DNA from: Bacteroidaceae bacterium
Lineage (GTDB): Bacteria; Bacteroidota; Bacteroidia; Bacteroidales; Bacteroidaceae
Direction: 5' to 3'
Assembly (NCBI GenBank): GCA_017483765.1
Contig: JAFUVE010000026.1
Location: forward strand, 87,814 to 151,813
Length of the DNA stretch: 64,000 nt
Shown: piece by piece, positions 43,320 through 52,149 of the stretch
Position numbering within the stretch: position 1 is the first letter of the stretch
How the letters are laid out: each line of letters begins with the position of its first letter
Translations under genes and position numbers: made by a program
The notes under the pieces: generated by a model
What the model was told of the DNA's origin: nothing
Seen by the model: the letters and a program-made list of their open reading frames with translations, nothing else
Database searches by the model: none

Positions 43320-45290
43320 TCAACAGACCTCCCATTCCGTCACGTTGCGCTCCGTGGTGGAGAAGGTCATGCCGATTTTCGTCAGCCGGCGGCCGTCAAT
43401 GGAGTAGGGGATGAGGTAACTTTTGGCGTCTATCTGCTCGAGTGCTTCTTTTACGGGGTGGTCCAGCTTCACTTCCATCACGTAGATGTCGTCCGCCGTC
43501 TTCACCACGATGTCGATGCGACCCTTCGCCGTGCGCACCTGCGACTCGGTGTAGATGCCCAGCAGTGAGAAGACGACGTAGAGCATCTGCGTCCAGTGGT
43601 TCTCGTCGAAATGGCTGTCCTGGTAGGGGATGCCCTCAAGGAAGGCCTGGAGCGTCTGGAACACCTGGTCGAGGTCGTGGTTCAGGAAACCCTCGCTGAT
43701 GCGCCATATGTTTGTGTCGCGGTGGTCGGTGTCAGATGTCACATAGTAAAGGTAGAGATTCTCCATCAGTCCGTTCTTCACCTCCTTGTTCGGAAAGCCC
43801 AGGGTATAGAGTCTGGCCCGCTCATTGTAGCCTTTGATGGTGAGGTAGCCGCTCTGATAGAACAGGGGAAGGATGGAGTGCATGTTCTCCGTGGGTGCGT
43901 CGAAGCTCGACGCCATCGCCTCGCTTCCGTCAACGCATGAGATATCAGTGTTGAACCGTTTGAGCATATGAACAAGGAAACTAGGTGTTCCCGTGGCGAA
44001 CCAGAAATTATCAGTCTTCTTCTTTGCCAAGGCGTTGACAATGCTGTAGGGGTTGTACACTCCAGGGCCTTCGGAAGAGAAATGGTAGCCGTCATAAGTA
44101 TGGCGGAGCTCGTCAAGCGTTTGTTCCCAGGTCATACCTTTTTTCTTTGCCAACTCATTGATGCCGTCCTTGAACACTGTCTCCAGTTCCTGCTGCGTGA
44201 AGCCACACAGGGTGGAGTACTCGTCGTCCATGCTGATGAGGGTCAGGTTGTTCAGCTCGCTGAAGATGCTCAGCTGGGAGAATTTCGTGATGCCCGTGAT
44301 GAACAGGAACTTCAAATATTTGTCGCAGTCCTTCAGTGGGGAAAACAGTGTACGCATGGTCTGACGAACTTCTTTCAGCCTCTCCGGCTCATGGAGCACG
44401 TTTAGCAACGGGGCGTCGTACTCATCGAGAATCACCACTACTCTCTCTCCATATTTTTCATAGCAGTTCACAATCAGATTGTAAAGGCGCTCTCCATGAC
44501 CGTTGCTTTCACGACGGAAACCAAATTCTTTTTCAATGCTCTTCAGACGGTTGCTGATAATCTCGTCTATTTCCTTTTTATTTGTCTCTTTTACCGAAGC
44601 CAGGCTCAGATAGATTACAGGATAACGCTTCCAATCCTTCTCCAGCCGTTCCATGGCCAGGCCCTTGAACATCTCTTTCTCGCCCCGGAAATAGGAAGCG
44701 AGCGTGGAGCACAGCAATGACTTGCCGAACCGGCGCGGGCGGCTCAGGAAAACGTAATTATATGTATGAGTCATGCGATAAATCAGTGCAGTCTTGTCCA
44801 CATAGTATTTACCGTCTGAGATAATCTTCTCAAATGACTGGTTGCCCAAAGGATACCTGGCTTGTTGAAGGTCCATTCCTACTGTCAGGCTTTCCAATTC
44901 CTGACCAGGCCCGCGCGTGTCCATGTGATGTCCGTTTTTGCCCGTTCCCCCGTTAAAAATCAATTCCTCTCTTGATTTTACAGGTAAACCCTCGCTAAAA
45001 CAATTTCCTCCGCCTATCTTGTCGCATAGATAATCTCCTTTGTCGAAATCAACGGTATAGAGATATTCTTCATCCCCGTGAATGCCGATATTCTCAAATT
45101 CGTAAGAGGGATTGGTGTTTTCTAGGTAGGTGCAAAAATCCTCTGATGTGAATTCTTCCTTTGACCCACACCATTTCCTGAGATATCCTCTTAGTTCCTT
45201 CCCGACACCCTCGGGGTAGCCGTCTGTGTGGTGGTAGACATAGCAGGTCCGGTTGTCCTTTATCACTTTGATATGGCATCGTGTACTCAT
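43320..45290 (-). CDS. AAA-ATPase-like + PD-(D/E)XK nuclease-family protein with an extra ~150-aa N-terminal domain
   Basis: The core matches the Bacteroidales multicopy family (YPLGNQSFEKIISDGKYYVDKTALIY..FLSRPRRFGKSLLCSTL..; C-terminal RIDIVVKT..YVMEVKLD). The start is set at MSTRCHIKV because a -7 box lies inside the longer track ORF. Confidence 0.82.
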   Translation of the reverse strand: MSTRCHIKVIKDNRTCYVYHHTDGYPEGVGKELRGYLRKWCGSKEEFTSEDFCTYLENTNPSYEFENIGIHGDEEYLYTVDFDKGDYLCDKIGGGNCFSEGLPVKSREELIFNGGTGKNGHHMDTRGPGQELESLTVGMDLQQARYPLGNQSFEKIISDGKYYVDKTALIYRMTHTYNYVFLSRPRRFGKSLLCSTLASYFRGEKEMFKGLAMERLEKDWKRYPVIYLSLASVKETNKKEIDEIISNRLKSIEKEFGFRRESNGHGERLYNLIVNCYEKYGERVVVILDEYDAPLLNVLHEPERLKEVRQTMRTLFSPLKDCDKYLKFLFITGITKFSQLSIFSELNNLTLISMDDEYSTLCGFTQQELETVFKDGINELAKKKGMTWEQTLDELRHTYDGYHFSSEGPGVYNPYSIVNALAKKKTDNFWFATGTPSFLVHMLKRFNTDISCVDGSEAMASSFDAPTENMHSILPLFYQSGYLTIKGYNERARLYTLGFPNKEVKNGLMENLYLYYVTSDTDHRDTNIWRISEGFLNHDLDQVFQTLQAFLEGIPYQDSHFDENHWTQMLYVVFSLLGIYTESQVRTAKGRIDIVVKTADDIYVMEVKLDHPVKEALEQIDAKSYLIPYSIDGRRLTKIGMTFSTTERNVTEWEVC

Positions 45291-45316
45291 TTTCTTCGGT
45301 TTTTGCGTTCTGACGG

Positions 45317-45324
45317 CAAAAATA
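45317..45324 (-). promoter_or_regulatory. -7 box TATTTTTG of the AAA/PDDEXK gene
   Basis: Plus-strand CAAAAATA. The whole ~70-bp block is conserved at 47440-47510 in front of the deleted paralog. Confidence 0.5.
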
Positions 45325-45430
45325 CGCATATTTTTTCAATTTGCCAAATTATTGGAGAGTTTTCAGGAATACGTCGTCAGGCGCCCATTGGTCAGAACCG
45401 ATAGGTGAAAGTGGACCATATGCGGAAGTA

Positions 45431-47056
45431 TTATGGCCAACGTTTCGGAACGTCGGTCTTCCTGGCCTCTGGCAGAACCAGGCGGAATCCGTCTTCCAAT
45501 CCTACTTTGATAATTTTGTCGTAGTACTCATATATTCCTTGGTAGGGGATGCCTTTATCATCATAAAATGTGGGAAGAGTGATGATGCCATCGGAAAGCT
45601 TTCCGAGATATCCCTCAGCCTTCAGTTTTTCCATGTCGGTTGTCTTGGATAGATAACCGCCATACGAGGCAATATGTGAAAAATACTCTATGCCTGTGGG
45701 TTGGTAGGGAAGAATAACACCGTCTGGGTCAGTGGCGTTAATCTCAATGTCTTCTGTCAGTTTATCGATGCCCTGTTGGTGAAACATCGGGTGTGAGATG
45801 CCGTAAGGACTCCTCATACGGTAAACTCCCGGTTTTTCATTGCTTTCCAGTACTTCCACCTCGTAGGTTACTGATGTTGGAGATTCATTATAATTGAATC
45901 CAGGGGCAAGGAAATTGTCTGTGTAGAGTCCTGTTCCCAATGCTTTCCATGTGGTGCTCTCTCTGGCATCATATTCGAAACTTATGCTGCTGAAGGCGGA
46001 CTTCTGAGAGGAGTCTGTTACGACAAACACCACTTTCAGTTTGCCTGACATGCCGTCAGGTATCGGTACATCAATTGTGGACGGGTTTGAGAAGAATGTA
46101 TTCAGAGAATTTATCCTTCCGGAAAGCATGTCATCCGCCACTGTGTTGTCTTCAGCACTCTCAGGCACAACGGCGAACTGAATCTTCTCTGCATATTCGT
46201 CAATCAGAAGGTCCGTCATCGCATAGACTTCTCCTTCATTGCCTGTCAAGATTCCCTTGAATCTGGACTCCATCTTCATGTCGATGTATGAATTACTAGT
46301 GTATCCGGGAAACTGGATGGTTACGACTCCGTCATCTTTTGTTTGGTCCCATCCCCCGACATCGTCAATATAATAGTAAGGAGCGAGTTTTATCTGTTCC
46401 GGAACACTGGCCTTTGGGGAGAGGACAACTCTGTTGTAGGTGAATGATTCTTCCTCGTCCTTGAAATGTGACGGATGGTACAGATTTATGTAGCCTTTAT
46501 ATGATGAATGCAGGTAACCGGTGTTGAACGGCTCAAAATACACCAGTTCGGACTGTGTGATTTCTGTTCCGAACAGGTTGTCACCAGGATGGAGAATCTC
46601 GATATCGAGGAAAACTGAACGGCTGTCATCGTAGTATTCTTTACCGAATTGTCCATATGGGTCAACAACGCGATAGACATTTGGGTAATCCTTACATTGG
46701 AATAATTCTACGCTGCAACTACCTTCTTCCCAGAAATTGTCGGTGAATGTGCCTGTGCCCAGGTCTTCCCATTCCAACAAATCTGGTTCGCTGCTGTCTG
46801 ATATGATGTTGATGATGGCTGTGATGTCGGAGATATCCACATGCTCGTCGCCGTTCACGTTGGAAAATATATAGTGTACGTTTCCGCTGATGTGGTTGAT
46901 GACTGCCACGATGTCGCTGATGTCAACATTGCCGTCTTTGTTCACATCACCTCGTCGCTGATCAGGCATGTTGTATATGGGTTCTTCTGCCATAACGGGA
47001 CAGAAGGTCATAAGGGCTGCTAACGCCAGAATGGACTTAAAACAGTATTTTTTCAT
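45431..47056 (-). CDS. secreted protein of unknown function with N-terminal dockerin-type module and an internal domain duplication
   Basis: The start is at MKKYCFKSILALAALMTFCPVMA (signal peptide). The dockerin module spans aa 36-85. The motif W.(D/A)LGTG.(F/Y)TDNF...VYR(V/M)..PYG occurs twice. Confidence 0.75.
   Translation of the reverse strand: MKKYCFKSILALAALMTFCPVMAEEPIYNMPDQRRGDVNKDGNVDISDIVAVINHISGNVHYIFSNVNGDEHVDISDITAIINIISDSSEPDLLEWEDLGTGTFTDNFWEEGSCSVELFQCKDYPNVYRVVDPYGQFGKEYYDDSRSVFLDIEILHPGDNLFGTEITQSELVYFEPFNTGYLHSSYKGYINLYHPSHFKDEEESFTYNRVVLSPKASVPEQIKLAPYYYIDDVGGWDQTKDDGVVTIQFPGYTSNSYIDMKMESRFKGILTGNEGEVYAMTDLLIDEYAEKIQFAVVPESAEDNTVADDMLSGRINSLNTFFSNPSTIDVPIPDGMSGKLKVVFVVTDSSQKSAFSSISFEYDARESTTWKALGTGLYTDNFLAPGFNYNESPTSVTYEVEVLESNEKPGVYRMRSPYGISHPMFHQQGIDKLTEDIEINATDPDGVILPYQPTGIEYFSHIASYGGYLSKTTDMEKLKAEGYLGKLSDGIITLPTFYDDKGIPYQGIYEYYDKIIKVGLEDGFRLVLPEARKTDVPKRWP
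46802..46951 (-). repeat. dockerin-type module, copy E (coding, N-terminal position)
   Basis: GDVNKDGNVDISDIVAVINHISGNVHYIFSNVNGDEHVDISDITAIINII. Confidence 0.75.
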
Positions 47057-47087
47057 AACGTAAATTTGTTTGTGTTGTAATAATCTG

Positions 47088-47095
47088 CAAATATA
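47088..47095 (-). promoter_or_regulatory. -7 box TATATTTG for the 45431-47056 gene
   Basis: Plus-strand CAAATATA lies 32 nt upstream of the ATG. Confidence 0.45.
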
Positions 47096-47274
47096 CAAAT
47101 TAATTCTTAAAAAAGTGTCATTCTGAAAAAAAAAACTAACGTGAAAGTAACGTATGGAGACGTGACAGTTATGCAAAAGTAACGAAAAAGTAACGTTCTC
47201 TTTTTTTATATACCTAAAAATGAAGACTTTGGCTTATTGCGTATCTCTGCTTTCCAGAAAAGGTTACTGACGCG

Positions 47275-47510
47275 TCAGCAGGCCTCACATTTCGTCACGT
47301 TGTGCTCCGTGGTGGAGATAGTCATACCGTTTTTTGTCAGCAGGCGGCCGTCAAGGGGGTAGTTCTTTTCATCCATCCCCATGCCTTCCTTCAGCTTCTC
47401 CGATGGGAATTGCATCTCGTTCTCGCCCATGATATTTCCATTTTGCGTTCTGACGGCAAAAATAAGCATGTTTTTTCAATTTGCCAAATTATTGGAGGGT
47501 TTTCCGGAGC
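47275..47510 (-). pseudogene. internally deleted paralog of the AAA-ATPase-like/PDDEXK gene (promoter/5' end fused to the last ~30 codons)
   Basis: The 3' part (DGRLLTKNGMTISTTEHNVTKCEAC) aligns to the end of the 43320 gene (DGRRLTKIGMTFSTTERNVTEWEVC). The 5' leader ttttgcgttctgacggcaaaaata.gcat.ttttttcaatttgccaaattattggag is near-identical to 45301-45357. Confidence 0.65.
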
Positions 47511-47554
47511 ATTCCATTCTAGAGCTCATGATGAATCAGCCGTAATCATATCAG

Positions 47555-48256
47555 TTAGAAATAGTATGAGAATGTGGGCCAAATGTGGAAGATGCGGCGG
47601 TGTCCGGTTTCCACTTTTTGTTTTTTGTTGAGGTCCAGCAGCCCGATGTTGGCTTCAAGTGCGAAGCGGCAGTGACGGTAGTGGTAGGCGAAGCTGGGCT
47701 GGATGCCTATGTTGAAGGTTTTGAGTTTCTTCTCACTGTTGAGTGCGCTCATCCGTTGGGCATAGTAGGTGTTGCCGCCTTTTGTCGGACCGCCGATGTA
47801 GTCCGCATTGTAATCGTATGTGTTGTTCTTGACCGTGAAATTCAGCGAGGGACCGATGCCGAGGATGAGCCTGTGTCGGTTTTCTCTCCATCTGCCCACC
47901 GTGTACTGAAGAACCACAGGCACATGGATGAACATAAAATGGGCCTCGTCCTCATTGTTGATGTTGTGGCTGTGGATGCGGTTGCCCTCCCATACGTATT
48001 CGTCGAAGTCATCATCGTCGCCAATCAGGTCTATGCCGGTGCGGAGGGAAATTAGGTCGTTGAAATGACGGGTCAGCTCCAATCCCACTTTCCATGAGAA
48101 TAATTCATTTGAGGTATGTTCCCATCCATCGAAATACCTTCCGCATTCACCATAGCCGAAGGCGATGTTCGCGCTCAGTTCCCATTTCTTTTCCTGACCG
48201 TTTGCCACTGTGATTGTCAGGAACAATAATACGAATGATAAGATTCGGTTCTGCAT
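47555..48256 (-). CDS. outer-membrane beta-barrel (porin-family/OMP_b-brl-like) protein
   Basis: The start is at MQNRILSFVLLFLTITVANGQ. The sequence has an alternating amphipathic pattern and the C-terminus ends ..PTFSYYF. Confidence 0.7.
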   Translation of the reverse strand: MQNRILSFVLLFLTITVANGQEKKWELSANIAFGYGECGRYFDGWEHTSNELFSWKVGLELTRHFNDLISLRTGIDLIGDDDDFDEYVWEGNRIHSHNINNEDEAHFMFIHVPVVLQYTVGRWRENRHRLILGIGPSLNFTVKNNTYDYNADYIGGPTKGGNTYYAQRMSALNSEKKLKTFNIGIQPSFAYHYRHCRFALEANIGLLDLNKKQKVETGHRRIFHIWPTFSYYF

Positions 48257-48358
48257 ATGTCTATGTGTTTTGTGTATTATGGCAGCTGAAGTAGAGACGC
48301 GCCGCGGTGCGTATTGTAGCTTCATTCCTGCACTTGTCGTATTTAATAATACTTTTTT

Positions 48359-48901
48359 TCACTCACCTTTTTTATTATTCGTTTCCGGACCATAATAAAT
48401 GTATTCTATGTTGTCGCCTTCAAGGTCAATCATGCTGGGAGTCCATTCACTTAGCTCTGAAAGAATTGTGTCATTGTGTGTGCTGACCCATTTCTCTAAT
48501 TTCGGCCGAAAGGGCGATACTGCAATATACAGCCGCTCTATGTCATCGGAAAAATAGTCTCCCCACGTAGTCTGTTCTGTCGTGTGGAGACCAACATCGA
48601 CTTTCTCGATGGCATACACATCGATACTCTTTCCGTAGGCTCCCGGTTTCACCTCCGAGATGACTGGGCGGAAGAGTGTGTAGGATGTTTCAGCATGATC
48701 TGTGACAGGCTTGCCTGCAACGCAAATGAATATGCGGTGTTCCGACAAGTTGCGAACGTGGACCGTGCAAGGCGATTTCATCATCCTGTCGTACTCATTG
48801 TCGTCGTAAAATTCACAACATGTGAAGGACATCATCCCGACTGCCAGGGCTGTGAGAATGGCTGAGACAGTCTGCTTGCCCAATAAAGGATTTTTTACCA
48901 T
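48359..48901 (-). CDS. hypothetical membrane-anchored/lipoprotein
   Basis: 180-aa ORF with an N-terminal hydrophobic segment and Cys (MMSFTCC). No family was recognised. Confidence 0.55.
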   Translation of the reverse strand: MVKNPLLGKQTVSAILTALAVGMMSFTCCEFYDDNEYDRMMKSPCTVHVRNLSEHRIFICVAGKPVTDHAETSYTLFRPVISEVKPGAYGKSIDVYAIEKVDVGLHTTEQTTWGDYFSDDIERLYIAVSPFRPKLEKWVSTHNDTILSELSEWTPSMIDLEGDNIEYIYYGPETNNKKGE

Positions 48902-48922
48902 GGTTAAAAGTTTTTTAGATGG

Positions 48923-49123
48923 TTATTCATCATACTCTTCTTCATTGTCCTCTCCTTTTATTTCTTGTGGAACTCGGTGGGGACGTGCGGTGTTGCCGGT
49001 AGTTGGGCCCACTGTCGGGCGGTCTCTCCTTTTTTTCGGATAATCGGTGTCACAACTAACGAACGTATGTGTCAGCAACATCATGGAAAATGACAATAAC
49101 AATGTGAAAATTTTCTTTTTCAT
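48923..49123 (-). CDS. small lipoprotein with charged Pro/Arg-rich then acidic tail
   Basis: The start is at MKKKIFTLLLSFSMMLLTHTFVSC (lipobox). A -7 box lies 28 nt upstream. Confidence 0.45.
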   Translation of the reverse strand: MKKKIFTLLLSFSMMLLTHTFVSCDTDYPKKRRDRPTVGPTTGNTARPHRVPQEIKGEDNEEEYDE

Positions 49124-49150
49124 GTGATTTATGAATTTAGGATTGTGTTG

Positions 49151-49158
49151 CAAAATTA
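49151..49158 (-). promoter_or_regulatory. -7 box TAATTTTG for the lipoprotein/OMP trio
   Basis: Plus-strand CAAAATTA. Confidence 0.45.
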
Positions 49159-49363
49159 GTAAAAATAATCAAGAAATGCTTGAAAATGTTGTTCCATATT
49201 GTTCCATTTTTTTTAAGATGCTTGAATTGCAGATTTAATATTTTGATTATTATTGTGTTATTGTGAATGATGAAAAACTTAAATAGTTGAATAGGGAGAT
49301 TGAATGGAACTATTTGAAACAATTATTTTTCCAAAAAACTGTACGTGTTTGTTTGAAAATTAC

Positions 49364-49371
49364 TAACTTTG
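49364..49371 (+). promoter_or_regulatory. -7 box TAACTTTG for the TPR regulator gene
   Basis: Exact match 30 nt upstream of the ATG at 49401. Confidence 0.5.
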
Positions 49372-49400
49372 CATCTGTCACCATTCATTTATTTGATTCT

Positions 49401-51131
49401 ATGCAAAAGACTATTTCTATGTTCGTTTTCCTGATGGCCGTATTCTCCTGTGGAAGCAAAAAAGATCTGCTGGAGCATATGGATGAAATCAAGCATACTG
49501 GCGAGACCAATCCTGAACTGGCACTCAGGATGCTGGACTCCATACAGGCTGAGGTGAGCGGAAACGATGAATATATCCAGAATAAATACCATCTGCTGAA
49601 CATTCGTCTGAACGACAAGGCTTATATTCAGCCGGCATCCGACATCATGATACGTCGGTTGGTTGATTATTTTATGGAAGGCGGAACTGAGGCAGAGAAA
49701 CAGGAAGTGCTCTATTATGCCGGCAGTGTGTATCGCGACTTGAATGACACACCCAAGGCATTAGAGTTTTTTCACCAGTCAAAGGACGTGGCAGCCGACA
49801 ACCCCAAAGACTGTGACTCCTTGATGCTGGCAAAGACCTTTTCCAACCTCACATGGCTGTACTACAGCGTACAGGACTATGACAACGCGCTCGACATGGC
49901 AAAGAAGGAGTGGACGGCATTTGCAAACTTGAGGATGGAAAATCCAAGGACCTTGGTACATATCGGAACGGCTCAGCTGAAAAAAAAGGATGAGAATGGG
50001 GCTGCCGAGACTTTCAAGAAAGCACTAAGGATGATACAGAAGTCCAAGTCGGACGATATTGATGAAGATCTCTGTTCCGCCCTGCTTTACCAGTTTTCTT
50101 ATCTGACTATGAAAGAAGAGGCGGCTGTCTGCCGACGGATGATTGTGAGGTTCGAAAAAACGATGTCATATAATGCAGACGATTATCTTGCGTTGGGCGA
50201 ATATTACAAGTTGACGGGACAACAAGACTCTATGGTGTATTGCCTCAATCAAGTGATTGACGGACGGCTTAGCGGAGAGGGGGTGTACGATGCCACCAAG
50301 ATTCTGTTCGACTACTACGACCGCAAGGGGGACATCGTTGAGGCCAACCGCTATGCGAGATGGTTTGTGATGGTAAGCGACACGCTCAACCTGGGAGGAC
50401 GACAGGAACTGGCAGCCACTGTGAATAATCAGTACCAATACCATAGGAACCAAAGAGAAGAGCAGAGGCTAAGAAATGAAAACAGCAGAAACAAGACGCT
50501 TCTCCTTTTTGTTCTTCTTGCCTCATCTCTCATGCTGACTGGCGGACTGCTTTTCTTCTTCTACAGGAAGAACAGAAGGCTGAAAGAGAACGTGGCCATG
50601 CAGAATGAGTTGTTGAAACTCAGAAAGGACAAAAATGCGCTGGAGATGGAAATCAGTGCGCAGCAAAGCCAGATAGACACGATGAAAGCATCCGTACAGG
50701 AAAAAGTAGAGCAGGTGGCTCATTACCAGGCTGAAATCGAGCGATATGACCAGGATTCGGCGGCAAAGGAGAAAGAACTGAAAGAGAAAATCAAGCAAAA
50801 CAAGTCGCTCATCGGAATGCTCAACCAAATGCATTTTACCGTCAACAACGAGGACATCGTGCAGAAAGTGAGAAAGGCGGCTGTAGGCCAGTACACGATG
50901 AAGGAAAAAGACTGGGATGCATTCTGTGGAGCCATCGACTTGCTCTACCCCGACTACAAGGACATTTTAGCAGAAAAACTGGGAAAATTCAACCACAACC
51001 AGATGCTTGTCTGCTATCTCATGCGAATCGGCATCACCCCCCCGCAGATACAACACCTGCTCAACTTGCCAAGAACCACCGTCTGGCGGTGGACCAGCAG
51101 ATACGCACCTATCATCAGCTCTAATTGTTAG
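49401..51131 (+). CDS. TPR-repeat sensor / single TM / coiled-coil / C-terminal HTH regulator
   Basis: The start is at MQKTISMFVFLMAVFSC. It has TPR-like helices, a TM segment (LLLFVLLASSLMLTGGLLFFFY), a long coiled coil and the C-terminal motif WDAFCGAIDLLYPDYKDIL..NHNQMLVCYLMRIGITPPQIQHLLNL..TTVWRW. Confidence 0.72.
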   Translation: MQKTISMFVFLMAVFSCGSKKDLLEHMDEIKHTGETNPELALRMLDSIQAEVSGNDEYIQNKYHLLNIRLNDKAYIQPASDIMIRRLVDYFMEGGTEAEKQEVLYYAGSVYRDLNDTPKALEFFHQSKDVAADNPKDCDSLMLAKTFSNLTWLYYSVQDYDNALDMAKKEWTAFANLRMENPRTLVHIGTAQLKKKDENGAAETFKKALRMIQKSKSDDIDEDLCSALLYQFSYLTMKEEAAVCRRMIVRFEKTMSYNADDYLALGEYYKLTGQQDSMVYCLNQVIDGRLSGEGVYDATKILFDYYDRKGDIVEANRYARWFVMVSDTLNLGGRQELAATVNNQYQYHRNQREEQRLRNENSRNKTLLLFVLLASSLMLTGGLLFFFYRKNRRLKENVAMQNELLKLRKDKNALEMEISAQQSQIDTMKASVQEKVEQVAHYQAEIERYDQDSAAKEKELKEKIKQNKSLIGMLNQMHFTVNNEDIVQKVRKAAVGQYTMKEKDWDAFCGAIDLLYPDYKDILAEKLGKFNHNQMLVCYLMRIGITPPQIQHLLNLPRTTVWRWTSRYAPIISSNC

Positions 51132-51559
51132 GAGTCACTTTGACGAGTTAGCAAGTCAAGAAATTCCTGAGGCTCATAAACCGGGATTATTGATGATTGG
51201 AAGTCACTTTTATTACGTGAGATGATGACATCTGCTCCAGAGTGAAGTGCGGAACTATATTACATGGCATCTTCAAAATCAGTGAATTGTGATGATATGG
51301 CATCACTGATTGTCACTGTGTCAACTGTGGTTATTCGACAAGTGTTTACAAAATTGGCAAAAATGTTTTTGATGGCTTGTTCCGGTATTTTATGATGTGC
51401 TGCCAAAATATAGCTGGTTGTGGCAAAGGACAGAGAAGATACGAGAATTAAATACCCTTTTTGGGAACAACTGATGACACCGCATGCAGAGTTGAAGAAT
51501 TGTGATCTTCTTGCCAAAAAGTCAATAACCACATTTGTGTCAATAAAAATGCGTTTCAT
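51128..51559 (-). pseudogene. PIN-domain (VapC-like) toxin gene interrupted by an in-frame TAA at 51260-51262
   Basis: The N-terminal part is MKRIFIDTNVVIDFL...FTDFEDAM. After the stop, the same frame continues as YSSALHSGADVIISRNKSDF..., which is the canonical PIN C-terminal half. A Gln codon (CAA) would be expected at the stop position. Confidence 0.75.
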
Positions 51560-51882
51560 CCGTGCTTTTGGATTAAATAATCTTGTTTCAATTTGTCAAT
51601 ATCAACGTCTTCAGGCAGAGGCTCAATATCCTTGACAATGTCCAGTATATCCTGTGTGGGAGCAATATCCTCAGCGCTTAGTTTGGGAATGTCTGCCCAT
51701 AACTCAGTTTCTCTCTGTTTCCGAATTTCGGAAATGTTGGCTTGACGGTTTTTATTCTCTTTATTTTGAAGTTCGGTTTTTATGTCTTCGTAAAGATGGT
51801 CAGCAAGCCATTGCTTGTTTCGTGGAGTGAGCGTAAGCCCTTGAAGGTAAGTCCACAAATGTTGGAGTGATGCTGCGTTCAT
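51556..51882 (-). CDS. putative antitoxin partner of the PIN toxin
   Basis: Its stop overlaps the PIN ATG (ATGA). The start is moved to the second Met because the -7 box lies 3 nt from the first ATG. No family was recognised. Confidence 0.5.
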   Translation of the reverse strand: MNAASLQHLWTYLQGLTLTPRNKQWLADHLYEDIKTELQNKENKNRQANISEIRKQRETELWADIPKLSAEDIAPTQDILDIVKDIEPLPEDVDIDKLKQDYLIQKHG

Positions 51883-51905
51883 ATTTCTTCTTTTTGTATT
51901 CATCG

Positions 51906-51913
51906 CAAAGATA
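51906..51913 (-). promoter_or_regulatory. -7 box TATCTTTG for the toxin-antitoxin pair
   Basis: Plus-strand CAAAGATA. Confidence 0.45.
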
Positions 51914-52101
51914 AATAAAATTTCTGAAAATGGCTTCCTTGTTTGCGTTTTTTTTGATATTATGGTCGAATTTGAATTTCAGTTACAAGAAAAGTGTATA
52001 TTTCTTCTTCCTTATGTTTACAATACAGTCAGATGTGATGGGAATGCTGTCTTATAAGTGCATTTTCGTTTTTTTTACATCTTATTTTCGTTTTTTATTC
52101 G

Positions 52102-52109
52102 TAAATTTG
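52102..52109 (+). promoter_or_regulatory. -7 box TAAATTTG for the wzx cluster
   Basis: Exact TAnnTTTG match 41 nt upstream of the ATG at 52150. Confidence 0.5.
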
Positions 52110-52149
52110 CGCTGATAATCGTAAACCTGTGTTTTCGCAGAAGGAATAA

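Noticed and set aside
45291-45329. The N-terminal extension MRIFAVRTQKPKK of the AAA/PDDEXK ORF, and the matching MLIFAVRTQ of ORF 47275-47469
   Set aside because: A TAnnTTTG -7 box (45317-45324) lies inside this stretch. The conservation between the two copies is better explained as shared promoter/leader DNA.
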